Positions 31,698 through 32,000 of a stretch of 32,000 nt of DNA are shown piece by piece (the stretch's first letter is position 1; each line of letters starts with the position of its first letter). The translations under genes were made by a program, and so were the position numbers. The notes beneath the pieces were generated by a model. It was not told the DNA's origin, searched no databases, and saw only the letters and a program-made list of their open reading frames with translations. Location: NCBI RefSeq assembly GCF_004102945.1, contig NZ_CP019384.1, forward strand, positions 1,350,001-1,382,000, read 5' to 3'. Source of the DNA: Candidatus Velamenicoccus archaeovorus. GTDB lineage: Bacteria > Omnitrophota > Gorgyraeia > Velamenicoccales > Velamenicoccaceae.

Positions 31698-32000
31698 CTA
31701 AAACTCGCCTTCGGCCGGCTCCTCAACCGTTGTGCCGGCTGAAACCGTCATGTTCAAATTGCGCAGCGTTATTCGGGATTCCCAATCAAAACCGGCCTCT
31801 CGCCTGGTTTCTATTTCCATCAAGACGCGCGGGCAGGCATCGGTCACCGCGGCGCACCCCGAACAGCCGCAATCGACAAAAAAGTTTTCTACGGACGTTG
31901 CCGCCACGGTTTCGGCGGCCGTCCCTTCCTTCATCAAGAGGCGCGACGCATTGGCAGGATCGAGCTTAAAGGTGACCTTCTGCAAAGACGTCACGATGCC
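31698..32000 (-). CDS. Hypothetical protein, C-terminal ~100 codons (gene runs off the right edge)
   Basis: Open frame to the window edge, stop TAG at 31700..31698, 8 nt before the PilX-like start. Contains a CGCSGCAAVTDAC Cys cluster. No family recognised. Confidence 0.5.
   Translation of the reverse strand, partial: GIVTSLQKVTFKLDPANASRLLMKEGTAAETVAATSVENFFVDCGCSGCAAVTDACPRVLMEIETRREAGFDWESRITLRNLNMTVSAGTTVEEPAEGEF

Overview
Moderately GC-rich 32-kb window (GC judged by eye, not computed) from a diderm, probably anaerobic, bacterium. It is chromosomal housekeeping and envelope DNA. I saw no rRNA or tRNA genes, no CRISPR array, and no transposase, integrase or phage genes. I call 27 protein genes, 24 on the minus strand, tightly packed. 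Three junctions overlap as ATGA (ccdA/thioredoxin, addA/addB, GT39/PIG-L).

Gene order, left to right:
- hcp (truncated at the edge), an Hcp-associated 4Fe-4S protein and a Crp/Fnr (HcpR-like) regulator, with a perfect TTGAC-N4-GTCAA box.
- yqeY, a PagL-like outer-membrane deacylase and a lipoprotein.
- A Ski2/HelY-like helicase.
- A soluble PAS histidine kinase, followed by an unusual receiver-TM-DUF192 fusion whose phospho-acceptor Asp is Asn.
- A ZIP-CDF-CcdA-thioredoxin operon.
- A Cys-type Thi4 behind a TPP riboswitch, a terminator and a cluster of palindromic repeats.
- A TPR protein, ispH and a short TamB-like protein.
- AddB-like and AddA-like genes, then cspA.
- A NodB deacetylase, an ArnT-like GT39 and a secreted PIG-L deacetylase in one operon.
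- A second, His-type Thi4.
- A PilX-like 576-aa protein cluster running off the right edge.

Most interesting non-coding signals:
1. A bipartite leader element is present twice (15397..15537 and 28577..28661). In both copies it starts at the predicted +1 of a minus-strand envelope-related transcription unit. I cannot assign it to any RNA family I know.
2. The TPP riboswitch carries two large insertions and sits about 325 nt from its gene.
3. Tandem hairpin repeats in that gap show compensatory base changes. A GC-rich hairpin module from the same gap recurs 10 kb away.
4. Two helicase genes appear to be leaderless, with TATAAT 6-7 nt from the ATG.

All domain calls rest on motif recognition by eye. 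No database search, alignment or folding program was run.
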